DNA of 64,000 nucleotides, from IMG/VR virus record IMGVR_UViG_3300020045_002401, positions 17,849 to 81,848 of that record, one strand, 5' to 3'. The notes below the pieces were generated by a model. The model was not told where the DNA came from and did no database searches. It saw only the letters and a list, made by a program, of their open reading frames with translations. Below are positions 39,901 through 48,900 of this stretch, piece after piece. How positions within the stretch are numbered: the stretch's first letter is position 1; each line of letters starts with the position of its first letter. The position numbers were made by a program, and so were the translations under genes. The DNA comes from a virus (taxonomy: Duplodnaviria > Caudoviricetes).

Positions 39901-42900
39901 AAAGCTATTGGTGGATATATACCAGGAGTTAATAATATAGAATTAGATGATAAGTTATACCAAGCTTTTACTAATGCTTATAATCAAATGGCAGGTAATG
40001 TAGCTTTACATACTTATGATAATTTTAAAGTATTATTTGCTTTAGTAGGTATAAATTTATCTGTAGATGCTTTTGAAAAACTTCGTGATGGTACTTATGT
40101 AAATGGTCGTATTAAATCTATAACACAACAATTTGAACATACAGATGGTTGGTTAAAAAGAATGAAAGATAGACTAGTTTTTATTAAAACTAATAACCTT
40201 GATGCTAATACTCTTCATAATAATGATGTATTTAAGGAACTTGCTGACTTTATTTTAAAGTTTGAAAAATCTGTATTTAATACTTCATATAAGAATGGTA
40301 ATGGTGATACTATTTATGGTGTTACTAATAACCGTTATTTTATGGAAAGACTTACTGGATTAAAGAATAATGCTAAGTTGTTAAAACAATTAGCTAATAA
40401 TGCGTTTTCTTCTAAATCTTCTTGGTTATCTGAATTACTAAATTCAAACAACGGTACAGTTAATAAAGGAAAGTTTCATTCTACTTTTAGTTATAATACA
40501 CTAGATAGCTATACTACTAGAGCAAATAATAAGACTAAAATGGTTGATAGTATGAATAGAAAAGAACTTATACAACTAAGTTTAAGTTTATTCTATAATG
40601 GTGGAGAAAGTTTATATAATAAAACTACTCCTATACATACTTTCATTATACCTGCTTTATCAGATAAAAGTAATATGTTTACTGTTAAGGCTCCTGGAAG
40701 ATTTTATAATATGGTAAATAATAAACTATCTGAACAAGATTTAACTTATTTACGTACACAATTATTTGAAGGTGAATTTCATAGAATAGTACAATCTACT
40801 GTTAAAGGTAATATAGGTACTAAAGGTTATGACCAAGGTTCACGTAAATTTTTAATGTTTCCTGAATTTAATAATATAGATGGTTTATTTATAGATGGTA
40901 ACATTAATACAGAAGCTTTAGGGGATAGTGAATTAATAGAACGTATTAATGATAAAATTAATGATTATATCAGTAATATAATATTTAAGACTTATCAAGA
41001 TTGGTCTAATTTAGGTTTACTAAGACAAGGTAAAGAAAATGTTTATTCTGATAAAATGTCTTTTATAGATACAGCTTATGCAACTGTAAGTAAATCTAAT
41101 CCTAATAACTCTTTACAAGAAGCTTCAAGTGTAGTATTAAATTATACTGTTAATTATCTTGTTGCTAATGCTAATATGCAACAATTAATATTTAATGACC
41201 CTGCTTTTTATTATAAAAAAGGTAAAAGAAATAGTGAAACAGGTGCAGATATTACTACTGATATAGCAGAAACTTGGGATAATGTTACTAAACGGTATGC
41301 GGCTGTAAATGGGGGTAAAGATGATTTTGGTTTTCCTGCTGGTAGTAAATTTAGTGTACTTAGTATTAATGATACAAAAGTAACAAGTAACACTCTCGAA
41401 TATCTATCTTCTCTATGGGCAGGTCATGCCTTAGAAAAAGAAGTTATAGACACATATTCTAATATGGAACCTGGAGATGCACAAGAATATACTTCTTTAG
41501 AAGAGCATTTAGATAGAATGGTATATAGTTCTATGATAGCAGAAGATAAAGCTAAACGTATATTAACTACTTATAATAAAACAGGTAAAGTAAGTAAAAA
41601 AGATTTAGGTGCTTTATTAATTAACTTTAAGCCTTTATATTTTAATACTTTTATGGGTACTAAAGGTGTAATGGAAACTGTTTACATTAAAACCTCTAGT
41701 TTTCCTTTAATTAAAGAACTTACTAAAGGTACACAGTTAGATGAATTAAGAGAGTATTTAGATAATCCTAAAAATAAAGTTAAAGTAGCTGTATTTGCAT
41801 CTGGTATTAAAGCTGGTAACCCTGCTGAGAGTTTAGATTTATTTGATTCTAAAGGTAATATGATTTCTGGAGCCTTAAAAGGTAAGTTAGATAACTTTAT
41901 TCTTAAAGATTTACCAAGAGAAGGTCACGGTAATCAACAATCTAATCCGGATAAAAGTAAATCTACAGTTATTAATGATGGTACTCAACAAGCTAAATTA
42001 ATATTTACTAACATACTTGATGTACAAGGTTTTAAAAATCCATTTGGAGAAGGAGAAATTGGTGGTAGAGATTTAGCTACTATATATCTTAATAAATATG
42101 AAGAAAGATTTAAAATTAACTTTGATAAGTTAATGAAAGAATTAGGAGTTAAAAATGGAATAATTACTAATATAGCTAAACTTAAAAAGATACTTGTTGA
42201 TGAAGCTACTACTAGAGGTTGGACTTTTAATGAAGCTTCTTCTTTTGAATTAGATACACTTGGTCTTAATTTTGAGATACCATTATGGATGTCTGTTTCT
42301 TCTAGTAAAATAGAAAATTTATTGTCTGCTATTGTAGATAATAGAATTAGAAAAAGAAAAAGATTTGGACGTTCTTATATATTAGCTTCTGAAGCTGGTA
42401 TTAGAACATTTGATAAAGCTATTGATAATGATAATTCTGGTATAACTTTTACTAGTGATTTTACAGGAGAACTTAGAAATAGTTTTAATAAAGATGGTGA
42501 AATGACTTCTGCTGAGATACTAGTACCTTTTAGATTTTATGATAATGAAGGTAATCTTCTTAGTATAAAAGATTTTATGATTGATAACCAACTTGATTTA
42601 ACTAAATTACCTGCTAATTTATTAGAAGGCTTTGGTTATCGTATCCCTACATCTGGTATTAACTTAATGTCTAATATTAAAGTAGTTGGTTTCCTTCCTG
42701 AATCATATGGTGATACTATTATAGCTCCTGCTGATTTTACTAAGCAAATGGGTTCTGACTTTGATGTTGATAAATTTTATAGTAGTTTATATGCTACATA
42801 TTATAATAAAGAAACTAAAAGTTTAGAGAAACTAACACGTACTCATAATGATAATAGAAATCAGATTATTGATAATGTATTTAAACTTAGAAATGATTTA

Positions 42901-45900
42901 AAACGTTTAACTAATTACAAAGGCGCTAAAAAAGACTTATTAATAGAAGAAACTAAAGCTAAAATTAAATTAGAAGAAGCTAAACCTTGGTATAAACTTA
43001 AAAATTTAGATATACTTGTAATAGATAATGAATTAACTGATATTCAAAGAGCAGTATTAAATAACCCTTCTAATGTAATACAACGTGCAAGAACTAAACC
43101 TTTAATGTTTGGTAGATTAGAAGAAATGGTTACTAAATTTCATGACGCTACAACTGATTTATATTATACCTTCTTAGATAGAAGTATTCAAGATAAGAAT
43201 TATCTTAATGGACAATTAGGTAAAACAGCTGTTGGTAACTTTTCTCTTGATATGATATTAAATTCATTAGGACAATATGTTACTACTCCGTTATTCTTTC
43301 AAAATGTTTATACTGATAAAGATGGTAGAAAGAAAGTAGTAGAAGCTAAAATTAAAGCTTTTGGTTTTAGTAATAATAATATTAATGACCCATTTTTAAA
43401 TGATGGTAGTGGTAGATATAAATCTGATGTATTAGAGGGTTTAATGGCTGCGGCTTTAGATAACGGTAAAGAACAAATTTTAGGTAAATTAGGTATATCA
43501 GATAATACTTTTGATTTTATACGTGCAATGGTTGCTACAGGTTATAATGAAGAAGTTATTATGGGTATTCTTGCACAACCTATTATTAAAATGTATTTAA
43601 GTCCTACTACAGGCTTTAATACTATAATGAAAATGAAAGGTGCTTTATCTAAAATTAAAGGTGCTGATAGAAATTTAGCTGATTTTAGTTTAGCTTCTCT
43701 TTCAGAAGATTTAGAAAAATTTAATGAATTATATAGTAATCTTAAAGAAGTAGATAAATTAGTTGCTACTAGTTTTAAAGAGAATACTATACCTGATACT
43801 GCTTTAGCTTTACAGTTTTATTCTTTAGGTTTATTTATTAGTATGGAAAAAAGAGGTAGAGCCTTAAGTCAAATACGTAGTGCTTTAAATGTTGATAGTG
43901 CTGGTGTAGGTAAAAATACTATATATAGTGCTGGTAAATTAGAACAAGCTGATGCTGCTAAAAATAATTTAACTATTAATAACCCTACTGCTTATTTTGT
44001 TAATACTAAATATAATTCAGATACTCAAGAATATGAAAAAATATCTTCTTCTATAGGTAATTCTGCTTTATTTTACGGTGCTAATACTAATTATCAATTA
44101 TGGAACAGATACTTTCCATTTGATAATGAAGTAGTTAATAGAGTAATTAAAACTATTGCAGATAGAACAGGTAAAGATATATTTAGACTTAATAGCTATA
44201 GTGATTATGCTACTTTAATTCTTAAAGATTTTAAATCTTATTTAAGTGCTAAAACTGTACCTACTATTACCCCTGCTTTTATGAAAGGAATGCAAACTAA
44301 TGAAATATATAAATATATAGTTCATAGTACCCCTACTCATCAAAGTCTTGGTGAATTTATACTTGAACTTAGAAATCTTAAAGATGAACAAGGTAATGTT
44401 AAATATATTAATAGATTCTTAAATGATTTAAATATTAAACCTGTAGACAAGACTACTACAAGTGAAAATAACCCTGCTATTGTAGATATTAATTATGCTA
44501 CTATTAACCGTGTTGATAATAGTGAAAATAAAGTAGTTAATGCTATGATTGATATGTTAAATAAACCTGTAAGTTTAGGATTATGGAATGGTAATATTAT
44601 TGATAGTCGTCAATTAATGAATTTACTTACTACTTATCAACTTATTAGTAAAGGTATTCCAGCACCTAATAAATTTATAGAATTTATCCCTAATAATGAT
44701 TTAAAACGTATGGGTTATTACCATCAAATGGATAATACTTATAGTGATTTTGTTAATGATAATCTTAATAGTTCAACTAAATTAACTGAAACACAATTTC
44801 TAGTACAACACTTACAACATAATATGGAAGACTATTATAATGTAGGACAAGAACGTGCTTATACAGGTTATTTTGAGAATGGACAATTTAATAATGCTGA
44901 TTTAGCTAAATTACCTCCTTATATTGTATTTAAAGATGAAAAAGGTTATCATACTCAATATAAAACTAAACAAGGTTTTGTACGTTTAAACCCATTAGGT
45001 TGGGGTAGTAATACAGAATATAACCATGATATAATTAATCCTACTAGTATTAACCATAATAATAATAAATCTATGGTTAATGTATTTGAATTTACTAAAG
45101 CTAGTGCTGAAGTTACAGAAAATGTAATAACTACCTTTATACCTACTACTACTCTTATAGATAGTTCTTTAGGTACAGCTGTAGAAATTCTTATACCTTT
45201 TGAAAATGAAAACGGAGAAACTATGAATGGTAGTTATAAAGCTTATCCTCTTATAATGACTGCAAATGGTAGTAGTGATAGTTTTTATTTAGTTAAAAAT
45301 GGTGCTACTTATAATACTATATACCATCCTATTACGGGAGTAGTTATACCTATTAATGGATTATCTGCATTTACATCTAAACAAGAACGTGATAGTAAAA
45401 TTATGGTTGCATTATCTGTAGTACCTGCAAATGTTATTGAGGCTTTAGGTTTATCTGAACAATTAGAATCTTTTAATATTGAAAGTATAGAAAGTAATAT
45501 TGAAACATTTATGACTCCTAGTAGAGATAAACAAAAAGATGTATTCCCTTCTGATATTAATGATACTACTAGAAACTTTGCAGATGAATTAGGATTATCT
45601 GATACTAGTTTAAATTTAGAAGATAAATATTCTTTAATTTTTGATAGAATTAGAAATACAGTTGGAGAAAGTACTCCTTTAGGTTATTTTCTTGCTAAAG
45701 CTAAAGAAATTGTACCTGCATTAGGTAATACACCTATTGTAATGGATACTACTTTAAAAGCTAAAGGTGTCTATAAATCAAATGGAGCATCTAGTTATAT
45801 AGTTATAAATCCTAATAAATTTACAACTATAGAAGAAATGGCTAATGTAATTGCTCATGAAGCTATACATGGTTTGTTTAAAAAACAAATACAAGTTAAA

Positions 45901-48900
45901 AACCCTATTACTAAACAATTAGAAAAACTAAGAAAAGAAGTAGAAGATTTATTAATTGTAGAATATGGTCAACAAGCTGTAACTGATATGCAAAATAAAA
46001 TAGCTTCTGGTGCTCCTCTTGTTAGAGGTATTGAAGCTGATTTATTATATGGTGTATATAATCTTGATGAATTTATTACCAATGCTCTTACTAATCCTGC
46101 TTTTCAACAATACTTAAATAGTAAAGATATTAAACTTGCTGATAAAAGTTTATGGCAAAAATTAATGGAATTACTAAGTGGTTTATTAACTGCTATAGGT
46201 GTAAAAAAAGATAGTAAATTTGCTGATGCATTAGGTGGGATATTTGCTCTTACAGATGATATTAAGAAGAATCATTTGAAAGCTTTTCCTAAAGCAAAAT
46301 GGGCTAGAAGTATAGACTTTATTAATGAAAAGTTTAATTTAATTGATGACACGAATAAACTCTCTCCTAAGGGCAATCCTGACGAAATAGCTAATTTTAT
46401 TAATGATAATTTTGTTAATGCTACTGCTATAGTTATAGATAGTAAATATATTCAAGTTACTCCTACAACTATTACTAATACCGAAGATTTTGCTCCTTTA
46501 GTTCAAGATGATGGCTGGGATTTTTCATTCTTAAATTTAGAACAACAAGAACGTGAAATTAATAATGAAATTAGAGCTAATTATTATCAATACGGTGCTA
46601 TGCTTCGTGCTAGGGTTATTGAAGGAGAAAAAGCTGTACAACGTACTAAAGCCTCTGGTGATATTGCTGCAATAGAACAAGCTAATGAAAATCTTCTTGC
46701 TGATAAAGTAAACCTTATGAATATTCCTAAATTAAAAAGTTTACGAGATTTAGAATTGAAAGCTAATGAAGATTTAGCTAAAGTTAATAAAGTACTTAGT
46801 GAGCCTATGAATTCTGAAGATATTATATATGCTAGAAATGTATTAAATTTTTGGGCTAATGTTAGGGAATATACTTTTACTCCTAAACATACAGAATCTG
46901 AAAGTCTTATGCGTACATTTGGTAATATAGAAGATGATGCTCAAACAGCTACAAAGAAACTTGCCCTTATAGAGAAAACGTATTTAGAGTCTTTCATTAA
47001 AGATACTTTAGGTCGTGAACTTACATTAGAAGATATATTTAGTGATTATAAAGATGTAAGTGCTGTAAAAGCTCATACTAGAGATATATCTACTTATGAT
47101 AATGCTTTACTTACTGCTATTTGGAAAAAAGTACAAATTGCTAATATTCAAGCTGAAGAAGAGGCTTCTACTATGTTAGCTACTTTAGATGATTTAATAG
47201 TTAAAGTTATGCCTAAACTTACTAGTATTAATTCTAAGACTCCTTTTGAAATATTTAGACAATTAAGTAAAAATGGTAAAAAGACTAATCATTTAATAAG
47301 TCCTTATAGTTCTAAATTTTTTAGTGATAGGTCTGGCAATTTACATTATGCTAAAGAAAATGGTAATGCTGATTCTGTAAATAAATATGCTAAATGGGTT
47401 AAAGCTAATACTAGTGTTATTAATTTAGAATCATTATTTCCTCAAGATGGTATTATTACTTCTGAAATTGAAGCTAATAGAGAAGAATTAAGAAATAGAA
47501 TTGGTGATTTTAGATATAATTTATGGTTTAATGGACAAAATCGTAAGGTTAATTCTTATCTTAAACGTAAAGAAACTATGGAGGCTCTTATTAAAGAGCA
47601 AAATGGCTTAGAATTATTTGATGATATTAATACTAATGAAAATGCTTTTAAAGCCCTTAAAGGTTGGGATATAAAACATAGTCCTTATGAATTTAGTAAA
47701 ATTATTAATCAAGCTACTTATGAATATTATAGTGGTTTAGATGGTATCGATGGTTTTCAACATTATGAAGTATTACCTAGTAAACCTGACCATCTTAATT
47801 CAGATTTTGAAGCTATAGCTAATGATTCTGATTTAATGGAATTTTATACTGAATTTTCTGAATTATATGAAAATCTTAAAAAATATGTTCCTACTTCTCA
47901 ATTAGCTAACTTAATTTATGGAGGGTTACCAGTATTAGAGCAATCTATATATGATGCTTATAGTGTTAATGGTTTAAAAGCTGGATTTAAAGGTATTAAA
48001 TCTGCTTTAGTTAAAGCCAATACATCATCTTATTCTAATAAGAATAAACAGGAATTAGATTTAGTTACCGGAGAGAATGCTAAACATATGTATGTTGCTG
48101 GTATAACTTCTGATAGTAATTTTATTAAAGATTATATTAAATCTGAATCTATTAAATATGAAGTTGAAACTGGTAAACCTGTAACTGATAAACAAGAAGC
48201 AGAATTTAAGGAACAAGCTATTCATCTTGCTGCTCAAAGAAGAGATTTTGATTTAGGTAAAATGATGAAATTATTTGGTACTATTGTTATATCTCATAAA
48301 CAAATAGCATCTATAGAAGATTTAATTAAAATAGGTCAATATACTCTTAATTCTTATAAAGAAGTAGAACGTAATCCTGATGGAACACCTGCTGTTACAG
48401 TATTAAATGGAGTATCTACTTTACCTAGTACTACAGCTTTTACTAATACTAAAAAAGCTTTAGCTTATTTTGTAGATAGCCAAGTATATGGTAATATGAA
48501 AGATGAAGAAGGAGTTACTAATATTAAATTAAAAACTGCTGAAGATTCTGAAATAGCTAAAACTTATCAAGATACATTAAATGAATTAGAAACTAAAAAA
48601 GCTAATGGTGAAATTACACTTGAATTTTATGATGCTCTTAAATCTACTATAGATTCTAGTATTAAAAATTTAGGTAGTAATGTTGTTGCTTCTAAAGTAG
48701 GAGATTCTTGGCTTAAATATGTTCAACTTAAATTAATGGGTTGGAATATTTTAGGGGGTATTAGTAATAGTGCTTTTGGATTTATATCTAATATGATTGA
48801 AGCTGCTGGAGAAGGTAGTTTTACTTTAGAAGATATGAATAATGCTTATGCTATGACTGCTAGTAGTGTTGCTAAAAACCTTTCATTTAATAAATGGGAA

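Noticed and set aside
46962-46985. Possible extra motif copy (CGTTTTCTCTATAAGGGCA, minus strand)
   Set aside because: CTA is displaced from GGGC and the CG spacing is 14; borderline, so not counted.
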